Origin: Candidatus Binatia bacterium
GTDB lineage: Bacteria > Desulfobacterota > Binatia > Bin18
Assembly (NCBI GenBank): GCA_963664395.2
Contig: OY761159.2
Location: 192,001 to 256,000 of the forward strand
Length of the DNA stretch: 64,000 nt
Reading direction: 5' to 3'
Shown: in pieces, positions 30,037 to 39,820 of the stretch
Layout of the letters: each line of letters starts with the position of its first letter
How positions within the stretch are numbered: position 1 is the first letter of the stretch
Translations under genes and position numbers: made by a program
Notes under the pieces: generated by a model
What the model saw: only the letters and a program-made list of their open reading frames with translations
Told to the model about the DNA's origin: nothing
Database searches by the model: none

Positions 30037-30453
30037 TTATCTTGCTTCTCTACTCTCGAATGGATTCAATATGTCCACACCAAGTTGGGCAAAATCGTTG
30101 ACGTTACGAGTCACGACGATCAGTCTGTGAACCACGGCTGTCGCTGCGATCATGGCATCCTCCATCAAGGCGTCCGATCGGCGGTGCTTGAGTCGAGCCC
30201 ATACTCGAAAGGCAGCCGCGTCCATCGGTAAGATGTTGTAGGAAGCGAGCACCCGGCTAAGCCAAGCTTCCAATTCTTCCGCCTTGGTAGAATCCTGCTC
30301 GCGGGTGATCTCAATACCTGCCTGGATCTCTCCTATGGTCACCACGGAGAGGAAAAGCTGGTCGGCGTCTACCCCCGAGAACCAATTCAGAACACTCTGA
30401 TGCGGCTTGGGACGGCGCAGTTCCGAAACGACATTCGTGTCAAGAAGATACAC
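30037..30453 (-). CDS. vapC: PIN-domain toxin (VapC family)
   Basis: MYLLDTNVVSE, DAMIAATA, VTRNVNDF. Confidence 0.92.
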   Translation of the reverse strand: MYLLDTNVVSELRRPKPHQSVLNWFSGVDADQLFLSVVTIGEIQAGIEITREQDSTKAEELEAWLSRVLASYNILPMDAAAFRVWARLKHRRSDALMEDAMIAATAVVHRLIVVTRNVNDFAQLGVDILNPFESREAR

Positions 30454-30457
30454 CGGC

Positions 30458-30718
30458 TTACTCGAAGCTCGACAACCTACGGTGACGGCGTTTCTCTCGC
30501 GGCGGTGTCAGGGCATCGGTCCGTGCCTCGGGTGCGAGGAGCAATTCTTTGAGATCGGGCCTGGTCATCTGCTCTAACCGCCGCCACTGATCAATTGGGA
30601 CCAGAACCGCCGCCGCTACCCCCCGTTTGGTCACGATTTGCGGCCCTTCGGCAAGGCTCGTTTCAAGGAATTCGCTGAACCGCGCCCTCGCGTCCTGTAC
30701 CTGCCATGTTTTGCTCAT
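30458..30718 (-). CDS. Phd/YefM family antitoxin
   Basis: WQVQDARARFSE, GPQIVTKRG...AVLV; directly upstream of the PIN toxin. Confidence 0.92.
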   Translation of the reverse strand: MSKTWQVQDARARFSEFLETSLAEGPQIVTKRGVAAAVLVPIDQWRRLEQMTRPDLKELLLAPEARTDALTPPREKRRHRRLSSFE

Positions 30719-30909
30719 ACATACTCCAAGCGTTTATGGCCTGTTCTGCCTAGACTTATAACCAGTCCGTATTCTAAAGTCACGAGAGACAAAGAAAACA
30801 GACGGAAGCAGAATATCAGGATTCTGGAAATCGCCGGGATAGCCATAACCCGGCGATTTGCTACGCTATCGTCTAACCCGAGACCACACAGGAGACCGGA
30901 CAGACAATT

Positions 30910-32244
30910 ATGGCGCACTTACGACAACTGCGGCTGGGCGCGTTTATGCGGCCGGTCAGCATTCATACCGCGGCCTGGCGCTATCCGGGGGCATTTCCGG
31001 ATGCCAACTTTAATTTTGCGCACTACCAGCGTTTTGTGCAGACCCTGGAGCGTGGCCGCTTTGACGCCTTTTTCATGGCCGATCACCTGGCTGTGCTCAA
31101 TATGCCGATGGCGGCGCTCAAACGGAGCGCGACGGTCACCTCCTTCGATCCGCTCACCCTCCTCCCGGCGCTTGCCACGGTCACCACGCATCTGGGCCTG
31201 ATCGCCACAGCCTCCACCACCTATAACGATCCGTACCATGTGGCGCGCAAGTTTGCCTCGCTCGACCATATCAGCGGAGGGCGAGCCGGCTGGAACGTCG
31301 TGACCTCGTCCAACCCGGACGAGGCCTTAAATTTCGGACGCAAGGAACATATGGAACATGACGCGCGCTATCGTCTGGCGCGCGAGTTCTACGATGTGGT
31401 CACCGGCCTGTGGGACAGTTGGGCGGATGATGCCTTTATCCGCGATGTCGAGGCCGGCATTTATTTCGACCCTGAGAAGCTGCACGTGCTCGACCATAAA
31501 GGCCCGCATCTGTCCGTGCGCGGCCCGCTGAATATCGCCCGGCCCGTCCAGGGCTGGCCGGTCATTGTCCAGGCCGGCGCGTCAGAAGCTGGTCGTCAGC
31601 TTGCAGCCGAGACCGCCGAGGTCGTGTTTTCCGGGGTCAATAATCTGAAGGACGCCCAGTCCTACTATGCCGATGTCAAAGGTCGGATGGAGGCCTGCGG
31701 GCGCTGTCGGGATCATCTCAAAATCCTGCCGGGTGCCTTTGTTGTGGTTGGCGACTCCCTGGCCGAAGCACGGGCAAAGAAAGCGAAACTCGACAGTCTG
31801 GTCCACCCGGACAGCGGCATGGCCTCACTCTGCATCATGCTGGGCCATGACGTGTCGGGCTATGACCTGGACGGTCCGCTGCCAGACATCCCGGAAAGCA
31901 ATGCCAGCCAATCCGGACGGCAGAAACTGGTTGAAATGGCGCAGAGAGACAGTATGACGATCAGACAGCTTGCCCAGTATGTGGGCGGCAGTTTCAGCAC
32001 CCTGGAACTCACCGGCACGCCGAGCATGATCGCCGACCACATGGAGGAATGGCTCACGACCGAAGGGTCGGACGGCTTTAACGTCATGTTCCCCTATCTG
32101 CCGGGCGGGCTGGACGACTTTGTGGATCGGGTCGTGCCGGAGTTGCAGCGACGCGGTTTGTTTCGGCACGAATACGAGGGCGCTACGCTGCGTGAAAACC
32201 TCGGCCTGCCCCGCCCGGAGAATCGTTTCTTTCAGACCCGATGA
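30910..32244 (+). CDS. Flavin-dependent monooxygenase, NtaA/SnaA/DszA family
   Basis: FDAFFMAD, ARKFASLDHISGGRAGWNVVT, QAGAS, VPELQRRGLFR.EY.G.TLRENLG. Confidence 0.92.
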   Translation: MAHLRQLRLGAFMRPVSIHTAAWRYPGAFPDANFNFAHYQRFVQTLERGRFDAFFMADHLAVLNMPMAALKRSATVTSFDPLTLLPALATVTTHLGLIATASTTYNDPYHVARKFASLDHISGGRAGWNVVTSSNPDEALNFGRKEHMEHDARYRLAREFYDVVTGLWDSWADDAFIRDVEAGIYFDPEKLHVLDHKGPHLSVRGPLNIARPVQGWPVIVQAGASEAGRQLAAETAEVVFSGVNNLKDAQSYYADVKGRMEACGRCRDHLKILPGAFVVVGDSLAEARAKKAKLDSLVHPDSGMASLCIMLGHDVSGYDLDGPLPDIPESNASQSGRQKLVEMAQRDSMTIRQLAQYVGGSFSTLELTGTPSMIADHMEEWLTTEGSDGFNVMFPYLPGGLDDFVDRVVPELQRRGLFRHEYEGATLRENLGLPRPENRFFQTR

Positions 32245-32278
32245 ATTGGTCACGACGTACAAGTGAGGAGGCAACGGA

Positions 32279-33079
32279 ATGGCTGACCCAACTTCGTATC
32301 AGGCCGCAGCTCACTTTTTGTTGAATGAACGTCAGGCCGGCCGCCCCTTTGCACCCATCCCAGAGCCGCACACGCCGCACCGCCTTGAAGACGCCTATGC
32401 TGTTCAGGCCGAGCTTCAGCAACTTTTGACAGGGACCCACGGCCCTATCGCCGGGCATAAAATTGCACTGACCACACCCGTTATGCAAAAAATGGTCGGC
32501 TTTGACGAACCCATTGCTGGCGCCATCATGGAAAAGACCATCCACCATACCCCGGCTCGGGTGCGCCTGAGCGACTACGGCCGCTTGGGAGTCGAGTGTG
32601 AGATTGCCGTGCGGCTGGCGCAGGATTTGCCAGCCGAGCGGGCACCCTATACGCGCGACAGCGTTGCCGAGGCAATCGGGGCTGTCACGGCTGCCTTTGA
32701 ACTGGTTGATGATCGCCACGCTGACTACACCAAAATCGCCGACCACATCCTGACGCTGCTCGCGGACAACACCTGGAACGGCGGCATTGTCCTGGGTTCG
32801 CCGCTGACAGACTGGCAACCGCTCGACCTGGCAGCCATACACGGCACCATGCGCATCAATGATGAGATCGTTGGAGAAGGGGATGGCCGGGATGTGATGG
32901 GGCATCCGCTTGATGCCTTAGCCTGGCTGGCGAGCACGCTGGCCACCCAAGGCAAGAGCTTGGCTCAAGGCATGGTCGTCATGACCGGCAGCGTAGTGGC
33001 GACCAAGTTTGTGAGCCGGGGCGATAAGGTGCAGTTGACGATGAATGGGCTGGGCGAAGTGGAGCTGAGCGTTGCGTAA
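32279..33079 (+). CDS. 2-keto-4-pentenoate hydratase-like (FAH family)
   Basis: AYAVQ, GHKIALT, ECEIA, ELVD.R, ADN, GHPL.AL.WLA, TGS. Confidence 0.85.
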   Translation: MADPTSYQAAAHFLLNERQAGRPFAPIPEPHTPHRLEDAYAVQAELQQLLTGTHGPIAGHKIALTTPVMQKMVGFDEPIAGAIMEKTIHHTPARVRLSDYGRLGVECEIAVRLAQDLPAERAPYTRDSVAEAIGAVTAAFELVDDRHADYTKIADHILTLLADNTWNGGIVLGSPLTDWQPLDLAAIHGTMRINDEIVGEGDGRDVMGHPLDALAWLASTLATQGKSLAQGMVVMTGSVVATKFVSRGDKVQLTMNGLGEVELSVA

Positions 33080-33080
33080 A

Positions 33081-33127
33081 CGGGGCAACCTACCCCGCCG
33101 CTACGCGGCACCCCTCCCGAGAGGGGA
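33081..33127. repeat. REP-like double hairpin between convergent genes
   Basis: ccccGCCGCtacGCGGCaCCCCTCccGAGAGGGG: two adjacent stems; may also act as a terminator. Confidence 0.45.
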
Positions 33128-33142
33128 CAGGAATAGCCCGAC

Positions 33143-34852
33143 TTACTTCCCCATCTTTTCGTCTAGGAACGCGCTGACCTTATCAAGCCCGATGCGCTCC
33201 TGCTCAAGCGTGTCACGGTAACGTACGGTTACGGTCTGGTCCGCAAGCGTGTCGCCGTCAATCGTAAAGCAGTAGGGCGTTCCGGCTTCATCCATGCGCG
33301 CGTAGCGTTTGCCGATGTTCTGCTTCACATCAAGCTGAACGGCATATTTCGGGCGCAACTCCTGGTAGAGCTTCTCGGCAACCTCTGGCATACCGCTTTT
33401 GTTGACCAGGGGAAACACCGCCGCCTTGATCGGAGCCAGCCGGGGGTGGAATTTCATATAGACCTTGCTCGGCCGGCTCTCGTCGGGCGTATAGGCTTCG
33501 CACAGCGCGGCCAGGGTCCCACGGTCGGCGCCGGCGCTCGGCTCAATCACGTGCGGGAAATAGCGCTCGTTGCGCTGGTCATCAAAATAGCGCAGCTTGT
33601 CTCCTTGGCCGCAATGGATAGCGTGCTGACGTAGATCATAGTCGGTCCGATGCGCCACGCCCTCCAGCTCACCGTAGCCGGGTGCGGTAAATGGAAAGCG
33701 GTATTCGATATCGCTCGTACCAGCCCCCTCTTTGGCATAATGAGCCAGTTCGTCCTGGTCGTGTTCACGCAGCGTCAGGTTTTCGCCAGCCAGACCAATA
33801 GACTGCCACCAGCGAAAACGGGTGTCGCGCCAGTACTGATACCACTCGGCCGCTTCACTGGGATGAATGAAGAACTCGATTTCCATCTGCTCAAACTCGC
33901 GCGACCGGAACGTAAAATTGCGCGGCGTGACCTCGTTGCGGAACGCTTTGCCGATCTGCGCAATCCCAAACGGCACGCGCACCCGATTGCTATCCAGCAC
34001 ATTCCAGAACTGGGTAAAAATTCCCTGGGCCGTCTCCGGGCGCAGATAGGTAACCGCCGACGGGTCTTCGACCGCCCCGGTTGTGGTCTTGAACATCAGA
34101 TTGAAAGGCCGCGGCTCAGTCATCTCCCCGCCGCAAAACGGGCACGGTGCCTCCCAGTCTTTGTAAATGCCCCTCAGCATTTCATAACGTTCAGTCTCTT
34201 CAACACCGTTACGTTGGAGCGTCAGCAATATCAATTTTCCGTCCGTCCTCGCCAGAAGCTTGACCAAGGCGTCGAGTCTGAGTCTGATTGGCGACTCATC
34301 TCCATCCGCTTCATCGCCGATCTTGGCGATGAAGCGCAGGAGGGCCAAGGTTTCGTCCGGCTGTCGCACTAGCGACAAGCCAGGAGCCAACTTGCCCGAC
34401 TTCTGAGCCCAGCGGCGTAAGCTCTTAACGGTCGGCGGACCAGCGGCGTGCAACTCGGCGAGCGAGGCATACCAGTCACTCTCGTGGATGATCTCCCAGA
34501 TGTGATCGTACCGCACGAGCTTTTTGCAGTGACGGCAGGTGCTCATCAAATCGGAGAACCCGCCCACATGACCCGAGGCTTCCCAGACTTTCGGGTTCAT
34601 AATAATGGTCGTGTCAACCGGAACGATCTCAATGGGGCGACCGTTCGGACCGGGGGCCGGGCAGCGGACCACGTCCTGCCACCAAGCTTCCTTGAGGTTG
34701 CGCTTCAGTTCGGTGCCCAGCGGGCCATAGTCCCAGAAGCCATTAATGCCGCCGTACAGTTCGGACGACTGAAAGATAAACCCGCGCCGCCGGCATAACG
34801 AGACGATGGGGTCCATTGATTTTACAGCTACTGTTGGAGTCTGTTTGCTCAT
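33143..34852 (-). CDS. glyQS: Glycine--tRNA ligase, homodimeric (alpha2) type
   Basis: RRGFIFQSSE.YGG, WDYGPLG, LRPETAQGIF, FRNEVTPRNF, EFEQME, VIEPSAG, IGKRYARMDE.GTP. Confidence 0.96.
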   Translation of the reverse strand: MSKQTPTVAVKSMDPIVSLCRRRGFIFQSSELYGGINGFWDYGPLGTELKRNLKEAWWQDVVRCPAPGPNGRPIEIVPVDTTIIMNPKVWEASGHVGGFSDLMSTCRHCKKLVRYDHIWEIIHESDWYASLAELHAAGPPTVKSLRRWAQKSGKLAPGLSLVRQPDETLALLRFIAKIGDEADGDESPIRLRLDALVKLLARTDGKLILLTLQRNGVEETERYEMLRGIYKDWEAPCPFCGGEMTEPRPFNLMFKTTTGAVEDPSAVTYLRPETAQGIFTQFWNVLDSNRVRVPFGIAQIGKAFRNEVTPRNFTFRSREFEQMEIEFFIHPSEAAEWYQYWRDTRFRWWQSIGLAGENLTLREHDQDELAHYAKEGAGTSDIEYRFPFTAPGYGELEGVAHRTDYDLRQHAIHCGQGDKLRYFDDQRNERYFPHVIEPSAGADRGTLAALCEAYTPDESRPSKVYMKFHPRLAPIKAAVFPLVNKSGMPEVAEKLYQELRPKYAVQLDVKQNIGKRYARMDEAGTPYCFTIDGDTLADQTVTVRYRDTLEQERIGLDKVSAFLDEKMGK

Positions 34853-35019
34853 ACGGCTGATCTCATTTTGTCTGTATTATTCTACTGGGCGTTTTTGTGG
34901 GCGGCATGATATGGGATGGCCCGTACCACGGCAAGGGAGCAGCGCCCCTCTTTGCCTCAGGAAGCAGACGCTGTACAAATAACCACACAACGGACACCCT
35001 GTCTGGCAAGGAGAAAACC

Positions 35020-36261
35020 ATGGGGAAAGCTTTGAGCGGCATCCGTATTCTCGACATGACCCACGTCCAGATGGGGCCTTCTTGCACCCAGATTCTCGCC
35101 TGGCTCGGCGCGGACGTCATCAAAGTTGAACTGCCGGGTCGGGGCGATATCACCCGCCAGCAGCTCCGGGACCTGCCTGATGTCGATAGCCTGTATTTCA
35201 CCATGCTCAACTGCAACAAGCGCAGCATCACCATCAACACCAAGACCCCGAAAGGGCAGGCTATTTTCCGCAAGCTGATCGAGGTGTGTGACATATTGGT
35301 CGAAAACTTTGCGCCTGGCGCGCTGGACCGACAGGGGTTCAGTTGGGAGGCTATCCGGGAGATCAATCCGCGTATGATTTATGCCTCCGGCAAGGGGTTC
35401 GGCCCCGGTCCGTTCGCAGACTGCAAAGCCTACGAGACCGTCGCCCAAGCCATGGGGGGTGCTATGAGCACGACGGGCTGGGACGACGGCCCGCCGACCA
35501 GTACGGGAGCCCAGATTGGAGATTCCGGAACTGGCATTCATCTGGTCGCCGCTATTCTGGCGGCCCTCTTTCAGCGCGAGAAAACCGGAGGCGGGCAGCG
35601 GGTCGAGGTCGCCATGCAGGATGCGGTGCTGAACCTGTGCCGCGTCAAGCTGCGCGACCAGCAGCGACTTGCCCACGGGCCCTTGAAGGAATATCCGCAA
35701 TATCCCGATAAGCCCTTTGGCGACGCAGTGCCGCGCTCCGGCAACGCCTCCGGCGGCGGCCATCCGGGGGTCGCCCTCAAATGTAAGCCCGGCGGCCCCA
35801 ACGACTACATCTATGTGGTTGTCCAGGCCCAGGTCTGGAAGCCGCTGATGAAGCTCATCGGCCGTGAGGACCTCGTCGACCATCCGGAGTACGCCACACC
35901 GGAGGCCCGCCTTTCACACCTGAACGACTGTTTCACAGTTATCGAAGAATGGACCCAACAACACACCAAATACGAAGCAATGCAACTCCTCAACACGGTC
36001 AACGTGCCCTGCGGCCCGGTCCTGGACATGAAAGAGTTGATGGAGGATGAGTCGCTGACTGCGCGGGGCATTGTGGCCGAAGTCGAGCATCCGCAACGCG
36101 GGTCATTCAAGACGGTCGGCTGCCCGCTGAAGCTCTCCGATTCACCAGTCGAAGTACAGACCTCGCCCCGCCTTGGCGAGCATACCGAGGAAATCCTTCG
36201 GGAGCTTGTCGGCTACGGTGACAAGGAGGTCGAGGCAGCGCGGGCTGAAGGCGCGGTCTGA
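35020..36261 (+). CDS. frc: Formyl-CoA transferase
   Basis: [55 protein letters not shown]. Confidence 0.9.
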   Translation: MGKALSGIRILDMTHVQMGPSCTQILAWLGADVIKVELPGRGDITRQQLRDLPDVDSLYFTMLNCNKRSITINTKTPKGQAIFRKLIEVCDILVENFAPGALDRQGFSWEAIREINPRMIYASGKGFGPGPFADCKAYETVAQAMGGAMSTTGWDDGPPTSTGAQIGDSGTGIHLVAAILAALFQREKTGGGQRVEVAMQDAVLNLCRVKLRDQQRLAHGPLKEYPQYPDKPFGDAVPRSGNASGGGHPGVALKCKPGGPNDYIYVVVQAQVWKPLMKLIGREDLVDHPEYATPEARLSHLNDCFTVIEEWTQQHTKYEAMQLLNTVNVPCGPVLDMKELMEDESLTARGIVAEVEHPQRGSFKTVGCPLKLSDSPVEVQTSPRLGEHTEEILRELVGYGDKEVEAARAEGAV

Positions 36262-36316
36262 CAGGTGTCGCAAAACCTCCCTCGCTCTTGATCCGCTCAG
36301 CTTCCAGTCAAAACAT

Positions 36317-37882
36317 ATGTCACTCATTACCTGGTCGTGGATCTTTCTCATCATCTATATCGGGGCCATGCTGGCCATCGGCGTCTTCGCCCAACGACGG
36401 GTCAAGCACGCTGACGACTTTGCCACTGCGCGCGGCTCGTACGGACCGTTGTTTCTCGCGCTGGCCTTTGCCGCCACAACGGCCAGCGGCGCAACCTTCC
36501 TCGGGGCGCCGGGTCTGAGCTACGAGTGGGGGTTGCCCACGGTCTGGGGCAGCTTTCTGTACCCGACCGGCGTGTATGTCGGCGTGTTGGTCGCCATGCG
36601 CCTGATTACTACCTCGGGCCATCGGTTTGGGAACCGCTCCATACCGGAATACCTCGGCGACCGCTACCAATCCGATGGCATTCGGGTCCTCATCTCAATC
36701 TTTTCATTAGTGTTGTTTTTCTATCTGGCCGGCCAGTTGGTGTCCGGGCTCGTGATGTTCGAGATTATGCTGGGCTTGTCACCACTGTGGGCGCTGCTCA
36801 TCACCACCTCAGTGTTGTTGATTTATGTCGTGCTCGGCGGCGCGCATGCCGACATCCTGACGGATGGGGTTCAGGGGTTCATGATGCTGCTGGTCGCGGT
36901 GGTGGTCATCGTACTCTTTCTGACCGGCTTTGGTGTAGACGGCGGAAGAGCAGGCATGCTGGGCATTATCGACCGCCTCGCCGAGCAGGACGCGCACCTG
37001 GTCGGCACGCTCAATGCCGAGACCGCCCTCTACCATTCCTGGTGGTCAATTGTCGCCATTTTTATTTCACACATACCGCTCGGCCTGCTCCCCCATCTCG
37101 GGAATAAACTCTGGGCCTTAAAGGACGTGAGCCAGCAGAAAACGTTTATCAAGCTGGCATTCACGTTTGGGCTGACGCTGGGCATGCTCGGGTTGGGCGG
37201 TCTCCTCGCCCGCGCGCTATTTGGCGATGCACTCTACGCGGCTGGGGCGAATCCGAATCAGGCCCTCCCCCTCCTCTTCATCGAGTTGTTTCCAACCTGG
37301 CTCGCCGCCCTCATTGGGGTTGGCGTTCTGGCGGCGATCATGTCGACCGCCGACGGCCTGGTCATCTCCTCATCCCAAGTGATTGCCAACGATCTCTACC
37401 GTCGGACCATCGTACCTCGACTCAAGAATCCTCCGAATGCTGAGCAACTTGACCGGCGGATTTTAGCCATCAGCCGGGTGTCTACCGTCGTTGTGCTGTT
37501 TATTTGTGCCGCCTTAGCCTGGGCCTTAGTCGAGACCAACATCGCGCTCATTGTCTGGATCGGGAACGGGGGCATGATGGCGGCCTTTGCCGGTCCCTTA
37601 GTGGTCGGTGCGCTCTGGCGCGGCGTCACCCGCACAGGAGCCTATGCCGGTCTGGTCAGCGGCTTCGTCACCTTCCTGGTGCTGCATACCCAACTGCTTG
37701 ACCCCGCATGGTTCGGGCCTGGCACAACTCACGATGTCGTGGCTTGGCTCCACGCCGAAGGCCCCAGCCCCTTCTCCTGTGCGACGCTGGGAGAGCTCGC
37801 GTCAGTCGGCTTTACGTATGCGGTATCCAAACTGACCCAGCCGTTACCCGAGTCGCATGTGAAGGCGTTGTTTGAGTCTTGA
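36317..37882 (+). CDS. Sodium:solute symporter (SSF), copy 1
   Basis: ASGATFLG.PG, SIPEYLGDRY, LTDGVQG, LAAIMSTAD; multiple TM segments. Confidence 0.9.
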   Translation: MSLITWSWIFLIIYIGAMLAIGVFAQRRVKHADDFATARGSYGPLFLALAFAATTASGATFLGAPGLSYEWGLPTVWGSFLYPTGVYVGVLVAMRLITTSGHRFGNRSIPEYLGDRYQSDGIRVLISIFSLVLFFYLAGQLVSGLVMFEIMLGLSPLWALLITTSVLLIYVVLGGAHADILTDGVQGFMMLLVAVVVIVLFLTGFGVDGGRAGMLGIIDRLAEQDAHLVGTLNAETALYHSWWSIVAIFISHIPLGLLPHLGNKLWALKDVSQQKTFIKLAFTFGLTLGMLGLGGLLARALFGDALYAAGANPNQALPLLFIELFPTWLAALIGVGVLAAIMSTADGLVISSSQVIANDLYRRTIVPRLKNPPNAEQLDRRILAISRVSTVVVLFICAALAWALVETNIALIVWIGNGGMMAAFAGPLVVGALWRGVTRTGAYAGLVSGFVTFLVLHTQLLDPAWFGPGTTHDVVAWLHAEGPSPFSCATLGELASVGFTYAVSKLTQPLPESHVKALFES

Positions 37883-37959
37883 ATAAGTTTCGAGGATAGA
37901 TATACAGGCCATCTGAACTGACACGGCGTAAAAAGTTACAGGGGGAAAGCGGCAGTCAT

Positions 37960-38265
37960 ATGGCAAGTGGGATAAGAATAGGCATTCAGATCGTTAAGGC
38001 TATCGATCGCGCTCACAGACAGTCTCTACGAGAGGCTGAGAGAAGACGCAAGGCTGAGGAAAGGGAAGCCGCACGTCAACAACGAGAGCGCGCGCGTTTG
38101 CTGAAACAGCAAGAGCGTGAGAGAGCAGCTTACGAGCGAGCACAAGCAGTTACAGAGAAAAATAGGTTTAAGCAGAGTCTAGAAAACGCTCAAGCAGCTT
38201 TCGATATGAGATGTCGAGAGCGGAAAATCCTTCGTGAATCAATAATCAATGAGGTTCTAAAATAA
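37960..38265 (+). CDS. Small coiled-coil hypothetical protein, co-oriented 11 bp upstream of the DUF4041 nuclease
   Basis: 101-aa ORF, amphipathic N-terminus then an E/R/Q/A-rich helix. Confidence 0.7.
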   Translation: MASGIRIGIQIVKAIDRAHRQSLREAERRRKAEEREAARQQRERARLLKQQERERAAYERAQAVTEKNRFKQSLENAQAAFDMRCRERKILRESIINEVLK

Positions 38266-38276
38266 GGTAGAGAACA

Positions 38277-39704
38277 GTGGATGCTCAGTATATTGCGGGA
38301 ACGCTGGTAGTCTTATCCTTTTCCATCATCGCAACTTACTTCTTAGTTCGTAATAAATTTAAGAAGCAGATTGTAGAATACCGCTCCATCTCCGATGCGA
38401 TCGCGGAGACCGCTCAGAAACTGACTCGAACTGAAACAGAGCTTACCGAAGCCCAGGGACGACTTGAGACTGTTAGAGACGAAACAAGGGAGCTTCAAGA
38501 CCTCAAGGAGAACGCCGGGCAACTTAAGGCCCAACTGGAAGAGTCATCAAAGCAGCTCGAAGAGATATCCGTCGATATTGAATCCAAAGAAGATAGACTG
38601 GACACCCTGGACGAGCAGCTTCACCAATTAATGTCAAAAGTTGACCTCTATTCTAGAGTCGACGAATTTGTCGAGCATGGCCTATTCGAAGAGCCGGAGT
38701 ATCTATTTGAAACCACAGATCGCTTCGTTGAAGAAATCAAACGAACCCGCGAGAAGCAAAAAGAACTGATCAAGAATAAAGAAGCCCTTACTTTTCCTAG
38801 TTCTCTTACCATTTCATCAGATAAAAGGCAGGACAAGAAAATACTAGAAGGCCAAGTCAAACTCATATTGACTGCTTTTAATATTGAGTGCGATCTTCTT
38901 ATCGGCAAGGTTAATCCTGGTAATTTTGCGCGTACTTTAGAGCGCATTGAGAAGCTGGCGGCTACGCTCGAAAAATCTGCGGCTACTCTGCATTGCGGGT
39001 TCAACATTGAATTTGTTCGACTAAAATTCGAAGAATGTAGGCAGCAGTATCAATTCAAACTGAAGAAGCAGGAAGAACAAGAAGAGCAACGCTTGATTCG
39101 TGAGCAGATGCGCGAGGAGCAAAAAGCGATCAAAGAATATGAACGCGCATTGGCCCAGGCGGAAAAGGAGGAGCGTCTATACCGCGACATGCTTGAGAGG
39201 GCCCGCAATGAACTTGAGCAGGCTACTGCAGATGATCGCCTTATCACAGAACAACGGATTGCCTACCTTGAGAGACAACTTGCAGAAGCTGAGGCAAAAG
39301 AGGAGCGTGCCAAGAGCATGGCTGAACAGACGCGTCGTGGCCATGTCTACATCATAAGCAATTTAGGCTCATTCGGTGAAAACGTATATAAAATTGGCCT
39401 TACTCGCCGTCTAGATCCTTTAGATCGAGTGAAAGAGCTTGGCGATGCAAGTGTGCCCTTCTCTTTTGACGTTCATGCCCTAATCTACTCGGATGATGCC
39501 CCGGCACTTGAAACGGCTTTGCATCGTGAGTTCGCTCATAAGCGAGTTAACGCAGTAAACCTCCGTAAAGAGTTTTTTCGTACTGATATTACAGCCATAA
39601 AAGAAGCGGCTGAAAAAATAACCAACGGAGAAGCTGACTTTAGGCTGACTGTGGCGGCGGAAGAATATTATGAATCTAGACGTCTACAGGGAGTAGAGAC
39701 GTAG
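38277..39704 (+). CDS. Membrane-anchored DUF4041 + T5orf172 (GIY-YIG-like) nuclease; SNIPE/PD-lambda-1-like
   Basis: N-terminal TM, coiled coil, LILTAFNIECD, KKQEEQEEQRLIREQMREE, GHVYIISNLGSFGE.VYKIGLTRRLDP.DRV.ELGDASVPF.FDVHA...RKEFF. Confidence 0.85.
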   Translation: MDAQYIAGTLVVLSFSIIATYFLVRNKFKKQIVEYRSISDAIAETAQKLTRTETELTEAQGRLETVRDETRELQDLKENAGQLKAQLEESSKQLEEISVDIESKEDRLDTLDEQLHQLMSKVDLYSRVDEFVEHGLFEEPEYLFETTDRFVEEIKRTREKQKELIKNKEALTFPSSLTISSDKRQDKKILEGQVKLILTAFNIECDLLIGKVNPGNFARTLERIEKLAATLEKSAATLHCGFNIEFVRLKFEECRQQYQFKLKKQEEQEEQRLIREQMREEQKAIKEYERALAQAEKEERLYRDMLERARNELEQATADDRLITEQRIAYLERQLAEAEAKEERAKSMAEQTRRGHVYIISNLGSFGENVYKIGLTRRLDPLDRVKELGDASVPFSFDVHALIYSDDAPALETALHREFAHKRVNAVNLRKEFFRTDITAIKEAAEKITNGEADFRLTVAAEEYYESRRLQGVET

Positions 39705-39712
39705 AGTACAAA

Positions 39713-39733
39713 AGAGGCTTTTCGGAGCCTTCT
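39713..39733 (+). terminator. Possible terminator hairpin after the DUF4041 gene
   Basis: aggctt-ttcg-gagcct with a UUCG tetraloop; weak U tract. Confidence 0.45.
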
Positions 39734-39756
39734 ACTACCTTCTGGACTTTCAGCAT

Positions 39757-39820
39757 GAGACTCAGTTAGGCGTACATGGGTTTCGGTGCCACACTGCACG
39801 AGAAAGGAATCCGATATGAA
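39757..39820 (+). repeat. 64-bp promoter/RBS module, copy B
   Basis: gagactcagttaggcgtaca...cacactgcacgagaaagg...atatgaa; about 10 differences in 64 nt from 43115-43177. Confidence 0.85.

Noticed and set aside
34957-35883. 308-aa minus-strand ORF
   Set aside because: Antisense shadow of frc.
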